A DNA stretch of 64,000 nucleotides from an uncultured Candidatus Saccharibacteria bacterium (GTDB lineage Bacteria; Patescibacteriota; Minisyncoccia; RBG-13-40-8-A): positions 463,282 to 527,281 of the forward strand of contig OZ246412.1 in assembly GCA_965231075.1 (NCBI GenBank), read 5' to 3'. A program made the translations under genes and the position numbers. Every line of letters starts with the position of its first letter. Positions within the stretch are counted from its first letter, which is position 1. The notes below the pieces were generated by a model. It was not told the origin of the DNA. It did no database searches and saw only the letters and a list, made by a program, of their open reading frames with translations. Positions 55,289-64,000 of this stretch are shown here, piece after piece.

Positions 55289-57763
55289 TTAAAATTTCCT
55301 TTTTTTCACATCTATTGGCTTCATCTTTTTGAGGATTTTTGTCTCTAGCTCCTTGCTGGATAATTGTTCTCTTTTGAATAGTCCTGAAAATAATCTATTT
55401 AAAAATCCTTTTCTATTTTTCTTCTCTTTTAACCTATAAGGTGGAGCTGCTTCTTCTCTGTTTGAATTGCCCAATATTACGCCACCATCATAAAGTGCTT
55501 GCTTTATATCTTCTTCGCTTAATTCGGCAAATTTTATTGATTCTTTCGGAGTTTCAATTTCTTGTTCTGTTTTTTTTGTCTCTACGCTGCCAGACACAAT
55601 TATATCTGTTTTAATCTTATCGGCTATCTTGCGCATCACTTCCGGATCCACTGGATTAATATTTTCTTTTTTCGCCTCTACCTTCTTTCGGTTGCCCAGT
55701 CTAAGTTCTTGTTGTCTTTGTTTTTGTAGTTCTTTTAGTTCGCCTTTAAGTCTTTCTAGTTCGGAATTTATCCCATAATAACCCAAATCCCTGACTACTG
55801 GTTTTTTCCTAAACCAGCCCAATGGTCGGTAGATTGCCATTCTTTGCTCGGCTTGTTCAATTTCTTTGTTTTTTCTTTCTATTTTTTGAAGAATGTTCTC
55901 TTCGGCTTCAGTTTTTATTTCAACTTTAATTTCTCCAGCAACGGTTGTTTCCGACACTTCTTTCTCCTTGTCTGCGCCAGATATGTATTTTTCTAACTCA
56001 CTTCCTGGTAATATCTTAGCATCAATCCTATCTAAGATATCCTTTAAATTCAACTTTTCGTTCGCATCTGTTCGCGGAACTATCCATAAATGTTCTCTGA
56101 TTCTCAAACCAACATCAAATAGACTCTTGTCCAACTCTTTGTCTGAGAATATGAAGAAACTTTTTCCTGTTGTGTCCCACTTAAAATAACTTGCCCCTAC
56201 CGATTGAGCAGCAAAAGCTCCTCCTGGCAATTCACCTTTTACGTCGATTACTGTTTTCCCAAGTTTGGTTTCAATAATAAACCCTTTTTGTTCAAATTCT
56301 TTTAGTTTGTCTTTTGAGACCTCTATAACCTTCCTCTGTTGTTCTTGTCGGTTAATTTTTCTCATTTTCCCATTTTCTTCAATCTCGCCAATCAAATTAT
56401 ATTTCTTTAATTCCTCTTCTGTTAATTCTCGGTTGTAACCACTGTCCTCTCTGAAAAATTTCAATAATTCAGGAAAGTCCATAAATCGATGCAACCCCAA
56501 AATCGTTTTATCTGACTTGTTCCAATTTTCTGGTTTACCAATTTCTTGATAACCCTGACTGTCAATTAAATCAATAAATTCGATCATTCTAGGAATTGCC
56601 TCTATGTCATTACGCTTTATTCTTTTGTTGTTTTCAAACATTCTAAGTTTGTCGAGCAGTTTAAACACCATTCCGGCTGCCGATGGAGCGCCGTCTGGAT
56701 GATGGTCAATGATCATCCCCATATTAAATAACGGATTTTTATCTTTTCTTTCGAGTTTTATCGCTTCTTTATCGTCTAGGTCTAGTACCTGTAATTCGTT
56801 TTCTACTTCTCTTAAAATACCCACCCCATTATATTGACCGACGTCCATGTGGATTTTGTTCTTGGATCTTTCGTTGGGGTTAATGTACGAGATACTACCC
56901 TTTTTTGTATCGTTCCAGCCAGCTAATCCGAGCAATCCCAAACAAACCTTCCCGTCTAGATCTGTTTCTTGATTACTCCACGCAACATTGTGAACTGCAA
57001 AATTTCTGAACGCATAGGGAATCGTTTTTTTAAATTTTTCTTTTAGGTTGTCTATGGCTTGACCATAAATGTCTTCATACGAATATCGCTCTTTTCCTTT
57101 TTCCAGCTTTTTCTCAACCTTGTCCATTTCCCGGCCAATCTTTTCTTTAATCCATAAATCAATAGCTTCTTCCCATGTCAATTTTTCCGACTTAGCTCCC
57201 GTCTCTGTTTCTGTCTTTATTATCGTTTCTGGTTCTGTTTCTTCTGTCGTCGATTGATTTTCCTTGTTTTCAACAACGGGAATATCTTCGGCAATTCTTT
57301 CCGCCATTTTTCTCAATGACTCGTCTACCGAATCAATTGGTGGATCCAATAATATTGGTCTCTTTGAAGATCGTTCTGGTTTAGTTTTTCTTTGAGGTTT
57401 TTGTTCTCGGTATAAGTTCCTGCATACTTGTTCCCATTTATCAATTTCCTCTTGCGGTCGGTTGTTCTTTCTGGCAAATTCTAACGCCTCCTGTGCTTCT
57501 TTTAGTGAACGATCAGGAATTGTTTCTTCGTGTGCAGGGAGAAACCCCTTAACATCTTCTGCGGTATTGTTAGAGGGTTTTTTTGTTTCGTCTTTTTCTT
57601 CTTGTGCTGTTTGTTCTACTTCTTCTGGCAATATTTCACCTGGCAATAAGTCTGCACGTTCCATGTCTTCGGGACTCAAAATTCTGACCTTTTTAGTTCT
57701 TTTGGGTTTAGTAGATTTTAATTTTTCAGTTTTTTCGCCAATTCTCTCTCTTGATCTAGACAT
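55289..57763 (-). CDS. large DHH-family phosphoesterase-like protein with charged low-complexity N- and C-terminal extensions
   Basis: central MIIDHHPDG (DHH motif III) and GGAFAAQS (DHHA1-like) segments; KE-rich N-terminus and coiled-coil C-terminus; 824 aa. Confidence 0.4.
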   Translation of the reverse strand: MSRSRERIGEKTEKLKSTKPKRTKKVRILSPEDMERADLLPGEILPEEVEQTAQEEKDETKKPSNNTAEDVKGFLPAHEETIPDRSLKEAQEALEFARKNNRPQEEIDKWEQVCRNLYREQKPQRKTKPERSSKRPILLDPPIDSVDESLRKMAERIAEDIPVVENKENQSTTEETEPETIIKTETETGAKSEKLTWEEAIDLWIKEKIGREMDKVEKKLEKGKERYSYEDIYGQAIDNLKEKFKKTIPYAFRNFAVHNVAWSNQETDLDGKVCLGLLGLAGWNDTKKGSISYINPNERSKNKIHMDVGQYNGVGILREVENELQVLDLDDKEAIKLERKDKNPLFNMGMIIDHHPDGAPSAAGMVFKLLDKLRMFENNKRIKRNDIEAIPRMIEFIDLIDSQGYQEIGKPENWNKSDKTILGLHRFMDFPELLKFFREDSGYNRELTEEELKKYNLIGEIEENGKMRKINRQEQQRKVIEVSKDKLKEFEQKGFIIETKLGKTVIDVKGELPGGAFAAQSVGASYFKWDTTGKSFFIFSDKELDKSLFDVGLRIREHLWIVPRTDANEKLNLKDILDRIDAKILPGSELEKYISGADKEKEVSETTVAGEIKVEIKTEAEENILQKIERKNKEIEQAEQRMAIYRPLGWFRKKPVVRDLGYYGINSELERLKGELKELQKQRQQELRLGNRKKVEAKKENINPVDPEVMRKIADKIKTDIIVSGSVETKKTEQEIETPKESIKFAELSEEDIKQALYDGGVILGNSNREEAAPPYRLKEKKNRKGFLNRLFSGLFKREQLSSKELETKILKKMKPIDVKKRKF

Positions 57764-57775
57764 ATAAATTAATTA

Positions 57776-59344
57776 TTAATGATTAGTTCCACACTTTTTA
57801 TATTTAGACCAGCCATCTAGTTGAAGATGATTATGATTTCCTTCTGGGTTGATCCAGATGTCTTCAAGGCTTCCGTCCCAAAGTTGTTCAGCGCATTCTT
57901 CAGCTGCATTTTCAAGATTTTTTTCGTTTGTACCGTTAGCAAAATCCACTGCCAAAGAACAGCTTCGACAATCAACCGACCCCACAGAGCAATTAGTGGG
58001 ACCGAAATCTGACCTTCTATAACCGCCGTAATGCAAACTACATAACGAATGACCACAACAGCTCGAATCGCACGAATCTTTGTCTGATGAACACGTACCA
58101 CTATTTGATGTGGGATTAAAACATCTTCCCAGGTTTCCATATGTGATTGGGCTATTGTCGGAAATAGAAGTTATGATTCTATCGGACGCCGACAATTTAC
58201 TGCTCATACAGCTTAAAATACTCTTAAGTTCCGAACAAGCATCCCTTTCTTGGGTAGTTAGCATCTGTTTGCAAGTGTATTTGCCATCGAAACAACTGAA
58301 AGATGCCTTTACATCGCCACAACTATTCGTTGGTGTATCGATACACTTCTGATAATCACAACCTATGCGACAATAAGTACTAGAAGTTCCACCACAATCA
58401 AACAAACTCGTATCATCTCCTGTTGTGGCCTCTTTTTTGGTTTGATAGATAACATATTTACTAGACGAATTACCACAGGTGTTCTTCGATGCCCCCGTGT
58501 AGCAAGTACACATTGCTTGGTCATTTAAATAGCATTTTTTTGCAAACGTTGTTAGGGTCGCATCGAAACATTCCTGTTGACTATTATAACAATTACTACT
58601 AACTTGACAATTAGAGGATGCTTCATTTAACGTACATGCCGAAACACTTTTTAGCCCTGTATCGCTTGCGCAATATAGTTTTGCAGCGTCCATTTTTAAT
58701 GATGAATGACAATAAGTAGACGCATTGGCACTAACGCACTTTTCAAGACATTCTTCTTTGTCTGCAAAATTAAGGTAAACCTTGGCGTTTGTTCCGATCT
58801 GTGATGCTCCAGAGTCTGCAGGATTCAAATCATAAACCGGAGTTTCGCAAACACAGAATTTACCCTCTTCTACTGGTGGCGTTTCTGGTGTTTCTGGTGC
58901 ATCGGTTACCCCTCCTCCCGTACATTCTATTTTATTCCACGGCCAAGGAAATTGGCCAGGATTGGCTAGCTTATTAAAAATTGTATCAATTGCTGTCCAC
59001 GCTAATAGCGCAATAATTAAACCAATAACAACATTCTTGATTACGCTTTTGCCCTTGCTTAACAATCCCGGATCGGCACCAGCAAATAAAATCATTCCAC
59101 CGCCAACAGCAATTAAAATGGGTCCGATAATGATGATTAGACCGATAAGTAAATCCACAATTAGTTGTGCCATCTTAAAGATATCACAGAGCGTGCAATC
59201 GGCTTGATTTATTGAACTTCTCCCGCAAATCACAAATGGACCATTAAAGTCTGGCAGCCCTGCGAAAGAGATTGTCGGCAAAACGGTGCCAATAATTATC
59301 AGCGACAGAAGTAAATATGTTTTCATATTATTTAAATGGATCAA
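57776..59344 (-). CDS. VirB2/TrbC-like N-terminal membrane domain fused to a large Cys-rich extracellular domain
   Basis: N-terminal TM + GGGMILFAGADPGLLSKGKSVIKNVVIGLIIALLAW resembling the 33028-34221 paralogs; then ~40 Cys over 350 aa. Confidence 0.45.
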   Translation of the reverse strand: MIHLNNMKTYLLLSLIIIGTVLPTISFAGLPDFNGPFVICGRSSINQADCTLCDIFKMAQLIVDLLIGLIIIIGPILIAVGGGMILFAGADPGLLSKGKSVIKNVVIGLIIALLAWTAIDTIFNKLANPGQFPWPWNKIECTGGGVTDAPETPETPPVEEGKFCVCETPVYDLNPADSGASQIGTNAKVYLNFADKEECLEKCVSANASTYCHSSLKMDAAKLYCASDTGLKSVSACTLNEASSNCQVSSNCYNSQQECFDATLTTFAKKCYLNDQAMCTCYTGASKNTCGNSSSKYVIYQTKKEATTGDDTSLFDCGGTSSTYCRIGCDYQKCIDTPTNSCGDVKASFSCFDGKYTCKQMLTTQERDACSELKSILSCMSSKLSASDRIITSISDNSPITYGNLGRCFNPTSNSGTCSSDKDSCDSSCCGHSLCSLHYGGYRRSDFGPTNCSVGSVDCRSCSLAVDFANGTNEKNLENAAEECAEQLWDGSLEDIWINPEGNHNHLQLDGWSKYKKCGTNH

Positions 59345-59600
59345 AATAATTTTTATTTAATATTTCGTTTATGTTATTTTCTTGTTGGGAAAATTTATTG
59401 ATTAAGGCATTATAGATGCTCTCTTTAATTTCTAGTCTGGGTGGCATAATTTCTTGCGGACTATAGATTGGCGTATAAATGTATTTATAGAACACAATCC
59501 CTAGGTACATAATTATAACAACAAACATCAAAATTGTCCATATTCGCCAATGGTTTTTAAAAAATATCGAAACTGATTTAATTAATTTATTCTGATTCAT
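59328..59600 (-). CDS. hypothetical small membrane protein in pilus operon
   Basis: 90 aa, one TM helix. Confidence 0.3.
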   Translation of the reverse strand: MNQNKLIKSVSIFFKNHWRIWTILMFVVIIMYLGIVFYKYIYTPIYSPQEIMPPRLEIKESIYNALINKFSQQENNINEILNKNYFDPFK

Positions 59601-60156
59601 TGCTTTGAGATGGTAATTTAATTTGCAGAATGGTTCTAATTTCGCCCAACGAAAATAGTTCTGATTCTCTGGAAAACAAATCTTTTTCTGTTAATTTTCT
59701 TGTTTGCATTGATTCAATGCTAATCAAATATGGATTGTTTTCGATCCATCCAATAAATTTCATTAAATTTTCGAAGCTTCCCGTTAAAATTAAATTAAAA
59801 ATTGGATATTCGGCAGACTTTATTTCTAAATCATTAGAGGTCCTAGCAGCATTGTTCTCCAATTCGACAATAAAATCAATGATTTGTTTTTCAGTTAGAT
59901 TAATTTTAAACATTGCTAAATCCTCTGTGATTTTTTTATATTTAAATTCTATCTGTTTTAAGTAGTCGATGTCTATCTTCTTGAGTGATAAAAGTTTTTG
60001 ATTGTCTTCGGTTGTTAAAATTGAATTTTTCTTAATTTCCCGAATCATCGGACAAATTAAAAAACCAACCATCAGAACGATTATGATCGCAAAGATTCCT
60101 GCAGTTAGATATATTTTTTGATGATTATTCATATATAAAACTAAATCTGAAATCAA
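59587..60156 (-). CDS. PilO-like type IV pilus assembly protein
   Basis: N-terminal TM then periplasmic domain; position after pilM/pilN-like genes. Confidence 0.45.
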   Translation of the reverse strand: MISDLVLYMNNHQKIYLTAGIFAIIIVLMVGFLICPMIREIKKNSILTTEDNQKLLSLKKIDIDYLKQIEFKYKKITEDLAMFKINLTEKQIIDFIVELENNAARTSNDLEIKSAEYPIFNLILTGSFENLMKFIGWIENNPYLISIESMQTRKLTEKDLFSRESELFSLGEIRTILQIKLPSQSNESE

Positions 60157-60664
60157 TATTTTTCGGATTAGTCAAATTGGAAATCGGAAAATCAATCTCT
60201 TGGTATCGAGCTGATCCTTCTAATTGTTGTTTGATTTTCAACAAACTCTCGCGAGTTGGCGAAAATCCGACAATTGTTATTCTTTTCGTGACAGAATTCA
60301 CTTCTAAATTATAGACGCTTACCTCTGATAATAATTCAGGGATAACATTTGATAGTGTTTGATAAAAATCGCTTTGATTTTTGCTAATTTTTTCTAAATC
60401 ATTTAATTTTTTGTTTAACTCTTTAACCTTCTTTTCGATTCCTTTAATGGTGTTGGTTTGTATGATTTTGGATTGTTCGATCACGATTTCTTGATTGATC
60501 GCACTGGATTTAGCATTAGAGAATATTAAAAATCCGCTCAGGAATAATATCGTAATCAATAACAAGAAAACAATAAAACAACCCGCAAAAATTATATTGT
60601 GTTCAATAAGGTGTAATCTTAATCTGTTCTTTTGTTCTGTTGGTAAAAGGTTTAATTTTATCAT
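60125..60664 (-). CDS. PilN-like type IV pilus assembly protein
   Basis: short cytoplasmic N-terminus, TM helix, coiled coil; immediately downstream of the pilM-like gene. Confidence 0.55.
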   Translation of the reverse strand: MIKLNLLPTEQKNRLRLHLIEHNIIFAGCFIVFLLLITILFLSGFLIFSNAKSSAINQEIVIEQSKIIQTNTIKGIEKKVKELNKKLNDLEKISKNQSDFYQTLSNVIPELLSEVSVYNLEVNSVTKRITIVGFSPTRESLLKIKQQLEGSARYQEIDFPISNLTNPKNIDFRFSFIYE

Positions 60665-61806
60665 TATATGTTTTTAGAATTAATGCCTCTCAATGCCAAT
60701 CCTAATACCGTAGAATAGCTTAGAGATTCTTCGTACGAAAATTCGGGAAATTTTAATTCATTCAGACAACTTGTCGGCTTTCTCTTGCTAGAACAAAGAA
60801 TGTTAACCCATGGATTTCCCAAAACAACTGGTAATTTTAACCAAAGTGAAAGATATTCAGCAATGCCAGACAAATTCGCTCCGCCACCACAAAGAATTAC
60901 TTTAGAAATCCTATCCAAACAATCTTTTTGATGTTCATCGTGTTGTTCATAAAACGATGCGCAATCTTTGATGCTCTCTACGAGTTTGGTTAGGACTGGT
61001 AATAGTATGTTAAAAATTTTCCCGTTGTCTTTATTTTTGTCTAGTCCAATTTTAAACTTTAAAACCTTGGCTTCTTCCCAGCTGATTTTCATTTGATCGG
61101 CGATTTCTTTTATCATTTGATTGTTGGATATTGGAATACTAGACGTAAATCTAATACTGTGACCAGAAAAAATATTAAAACTAGTTCGATTAAATCCAAG
61201 GTCGATAATTAATACTGGCTTGTCAGTAAATTCGTTTTTAATCAAACTTCTGATTGAGGCGATGGATTCTGTCTCAAAGACTATTGGCTCGATATCGGCT
61301 TTTCTTAGCACGCCTAAATATCTATCGATTATCTTTTTAGGAACGGCGTTAATTAGAATATCAAAATGATCGGCGTGCCCCTGTTCTTGCCTAATAATCT
61401 GCCAATCCATATAGACCTCATTTGACGGAAAAGGAATATTTGCTTCTGCTTCCCATTTAATGGCTGTTTCCAGCTCGGCCATGGTCATTTTCGGCATCCG
61501 GATAATTTTTATAAAACTATGTTGTTCCGGCAGAGAACAGACCGCATAATTAGATCTTAATTTTTTACCCTTTATTTCTTTTGTGGTTTTTCGTATTAAA
61601 TCAATTAATTCTTGATCCTTTATGATTTCACCCTCTTCAATAATCCCCGGCGGAACACTGACTCGATTATGACTTATTAACCTAGCCCCATTATTACTTT
61701 TTTTTAGTTGCGCAATCTTAATTGAAGAATCAGAAATGTCCAGGCCGAAAGCCTGAATATTTTTATATGATTTAGAAAAGATAATATTTTTGATGTTCAT
61801 GGTCAA
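60664..61806 (-). CDS. pilM: type IV pilus assembly protein PilM (actin-like ATPase fold)
   Basis: 380 aa; FGLDISDSSIKIAQL N-terminus and overall PilM/FtsA-like pattern. Confidence 0.75.
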   Translation of the reverse strand: MTMNIKNIIFSKSYKNIQAFGLDISDSSIKIAQLKKSNNGARLISHNRVSVPPGIIEEGEIIKDQELIDLIRKTTKEIKGKKLRSNYAVCSLPEQHSFIKIIRMPKMTMAELETAIKWEAEANIPFPSNEVYMDWQIIRQEQGHADHFDILINAVPKKIIDRYLGVLRKADIEPIVFETESIASIRSLIKNEFTDKPVLIIDLGFNRTSFNIFSGHSIRFTSSIPISNNQMIKEIADQMKISWEEAKVLKFKIGLDKNKDNGKIFNILLPVLTKLVESIKDCASFYEQHDEHQKDCLDRISKVILCGGGANLSGIAEYLSLWLKLPVVLGNPWVNILCSSKRKPTSCLNELKFPEFSYEESLSYSTVLGLALRGINSKNI

Positions 61807-63099
61807 TTATTCGATCTCTTCCCACTCGGTTAATTCCCCGCTTCCACCGGGGCCACTAGAAAAAATTACGCTTTCTAGTCCGCTTTCGTATTCAATTAGC
61901 GAATTATTGTTTAATTTAATTTTATATCCCGTGATCTCTTTCGCCTTCATATTATTATTTAAATAAATCATACCGTTGTTAGCATAAAAAATTGCGCCCC
62001 TAGCGTTGTTACTCACGGATATTGCTGGGGTAGACGGATTAATCGAGTTGTTTGTAGACAAGATCATAATAAAACTTGATGTGTCGCCTGATCCTCTTAA
62101 TATTGCATTATTACCACTAACTATTCTTCCGTCAGATAGAATTATCCCGCTTAATGGACCATAAACATTATTGTCTAATTCGATAATTGCATTGTTGCTA
62201 AATGTAATCGTCCCCGTAACATAGATTGTGCCGGTAATCTTTAAACGAGCATTATTAGTAACAAGTAAATTTTTGGGACTGGCCGGGGTACCGATTTGAA
62301 TTGGGCCCAGAGAATTGGATGTACCACCGTAGGTTACATTGTCATTAATAATCCCCCCCGTTAATGCTTCTTGTTTCCAATTATTAATTTGTGAATCAGG
62401 AATAGGCAGGCCAACTGGTTGAATTTCGTTCACTTGTGTTGTGGTTGATCCTTCAACGTCGCAAGTATTCGTTCCGCCACTAACATAGGTTAGATTTCCT
62501 TGAATGTTGGCATTATCACATGAATAGGTTAAGGCATCTTGATTTACAGTCACTCCTTGTATTTTATTGCCATTATGTGCGACTATTGCACTGTTATAAA
62601 TAATTCCTGATCCAGTAATGTTGCCATTGGAAAAGACATTCCCCTTAATTCCCGAATTGTTACCCATTTCAATGCCGCCCTCTCCAGCTTGAGCGCCATA
62701 GTGAAAAGAAACTCCCTCACTGTTAACAGAATAAACTGCTCTAATTTTTCTGATGCGGTTATTTTTATCTCCTTCTACGGTGATTGTTCTCGCGCCACCG
62801 ATTGGATCTGATATATTAATTGTAGCACTTACATCCTCAACTGTTAAATTATTAGACAGAACATAATTCATCCCCTTGGATAATCTTAATAGAGAATCCT
62901 CTATTCCGGATTCAGCCGCATAATAGGCCCGTAATGAGTAGATATTGTTGCGAATTGATTTTAAATTATTATAGACAATATAGCTGGCACTTAGAACAAT
63001 TATCGAACTAGCGATTAAGATTAAAATCGTAGAGAAGATAGCAGCAAAGCCTGATTTTGTTTTTAAAATATTTTTCATCTTATTATCTTGTTGTCGCAA
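61807..63099 (-). CDS. putative pilus-associated minor pilin/adhesin-like protein
   Basis: N-terminal hydrophobic pilin-like helix KSGFAAIFSTILILIASSIIVL, then 400 aa beta-rich Gly/Asn/Thr-rich region. Confidence 0.4.
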   Translation of the reverse strand: MRQQDNKMKNILKTKSGFAAIFSTILILIASSIIVLSASYIVYNNLKSIRNNIYSLRAYYAAESGIEDSLLRLSKGMNYVLSNNLTVEDVSATINISDPIGGARTITVEGDKNNRIRKIRAVYSVNSEGVSFHYGAQAGEGGIEMGNNSGIKGNVFSNGNITGSGIIYNSAIVAHNGNKIQGVTVNQDALTYSCDNANIQGNLTYVSGGTNTCDVEGSTTTQVNEIQPVGLPIPDSQINNWKQEALTGGIINDNVTYGGTSNSLGPIQIGTPASPKNLLVTNNARLKITGTIYVTGTITFSNNAIIELDNNVYGPLSGIILSDGRIVSGNNAILRGSGDTSSFIMILSTNNSINPSTPAISVSNNARGAIFYANNGMIYLNNNMKAKEITGYKIKLNNNSLIEYESGLESVIFSSGPGGSGELTEWEEIE

Positions 63100-63613
63100 C
63101 CGAACTTAAACTGTAAGAGAATTGATACTTTGGATTAGTGGTATTATTTTCGATGGTTAGATTCACCTTTATAGATTCTGAATTAGAGGCAATATATTCG
63201 AATTCCAAATTGGTTATTTTTAATCTTTCTGAAACTAAGAGTTGCGAATTTTGACCATCTCTTTTTAGATAAAAATTATTGTTGGTATCGAAATAAAAAT
63301 CAACATAGGTCGATCGTTCATTCTCGGGCAATTCAACTGTTGTTTCTAGGCTTAGTTGACCAGGATTAGTGTTAAATATACTGGTTGGATTATAAACCTT
63401 ATTTGCGGATTTTATTTCTAATAATATTAATCTCATTATTGAATAAGTGGCGGTAGATATCTCTTTCTTAATTTGATTCTTATGAACAGTTTCTAGTGAG
63501 GTGATGGCGAACACTGTAATTATAGTTATTAGGATTACAAAAATCGATAAATACATTAAAAGTTCAATTATCGTAAATCCGGATTTATTAACAGTGTTAA
63601 TTTTATTTTTCAT
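63083..63613 (-). CDS. type IV pilin-like protein
   Basis: KSGFTIIELLMYLSIFVILITII prepilin motif. Confidence 0.7.
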   Translation of the reverse strand: MKNKINTVNKSGFTIIELLMYLSIFVILITIITVFAITSLETVHKNQIKKEISTATYSIMRLILLEIKSANKVYNPTSIFNTNPGQLSLETTVELPENERSTYVDFYFDTNNNFYLKRDGQNSQLLVSERLKITNLEFEYIASNSESIKVNLTIENNTTNPKYQFSYSLSSVATTR

Positions 63614-63987
63614 CTCCAGTTGGTTAAATAGACGCTTAAACTTTCACTAACTGCACCATTGCGATCGACCCAACTAACAATTGCTGTAATTTTTCTTGTA
63701 TTAATGTCGTTATTTACAGGGTTGTAAACGGCTTCAATGTTGTCGTTGGCATCGCGCGAAACGGGACTAAAAATGATCCTACGATTAAATGCTCCGATAT
63801 TTTCACTACCAACAACCATGCTCCAAGACAATTCATTTTTTACTGGATAATAATCAGTGTTCAGCGAGTAATTGCCAATTGTTGCTGACCAAGTATAGTT
63901 GTCTCTTATGAACCGCGTTATTTCTATAGACCCTTCCGCCAAGGATAATGCCTGGAGCCTTAATCGGTTCCGTTCTGAAATGCGCAC
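63610..63987 (-). CDS. hypothetical protein, pilus-operon member
   Basis: 125 aa ORF translationally coupled to the downstream pilin gene. Confidence 0.3.
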   Translation of the reverse strand: MRISERNRLRLQALSLAEGSIEITRFIRDNYTWSATIGNYSLNTDYYPVKNELSWSMVVGSENIGAFNRRIIFSPVSRDANDNIEAVYNPVNNDINTRKITAIVSWVDRNGAVSESLSVYLTNWR

Positions 63988-64000
63988 ATCTAAAGCGAAA

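Noticed and set aside
1-64000. CRISPR array or cas operon
   Set aside because: No run of regularly spaced direct repeats; the Cas4-like nuclease at 14112 is stand-alone.

Overview
The window is AT-rich with many small genes and reads like a reduced-genome, Patescibacteria/CPR-like bacterium; that assignment is an inference from a truncated IF-2, many type IV pilins and VirB2/TrbC-like proteins, and tRNAs with odd T-loops. I see no rRNA genes and no CRISPR array.

Layout:
- 1-21.4 kb: an accessory region. A phage-like integrative module sits on the minus strand (large serine recombinase, terminase-large-like ATPase, small HTH protein, ParB-nuclease/DNA-methyltransferase fusion). It is followed by a 715-bp hairpin-rich non-coding stretch and a defense-type island: a catalytically incomplete methyltransferase paralog, a gamma-class N6-adenine methyltransferase, a large T5orf172/GIY-YIG-like SF2 helicase, a membrane-anchored Mrr-like endonuclease, a Cas4/RecB-like nuclease, an HRDC-fused XseA with XseB, several uncharacterised small proteins, a HEPN protein and a GGDEF cyclase. 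The region ends at tRNA-Ser(TGA).
- 21.4-57.8 kb: mostly housekeeping genes (recG, lepA, murJ, tsaC/sua5, gyrA, rpsA, ftsH, rplS, rbfA, infB, prs, efp, csp), a GT2 glycosyltransferase, a VanW-like protein, three tandem VirB2/TrbC-like small membrane proteins, and 16 tRNA genes. Two tRNA clusters lie on the minus strand; one contains a type IV pilin gene.
- 57.8-64 kb: a type IV pilus assembly operon (pilM/N/O-like genes and pilins) with an adjacent Cys-rich VirB2-like fusion protein.

Main findings:
- A candidate R-M-like module: an N6-adenine methyltransferase, a catalytically incomplete methyltransferase paralog, and a helicase whose nuclease is an N-terminal GIY-YIG-like domain.
- A family of about 50-nt structured elements (11-bp terminal inverted repeat CCCTGTTAAAT, two internal hairpins with compensatory base changes). 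Three copies each sit 9-12 nt upstream of a start codon.
- A tRNA-Ile(UAU) gene preceded by a duplicated 5' tRNA fragment and a stand-alone GIY-YIG gene.
- A GC-rich 200-250 nt candidate ncRNA with its own terminator on the minus strand.
- An HRDC-XseA fusion.
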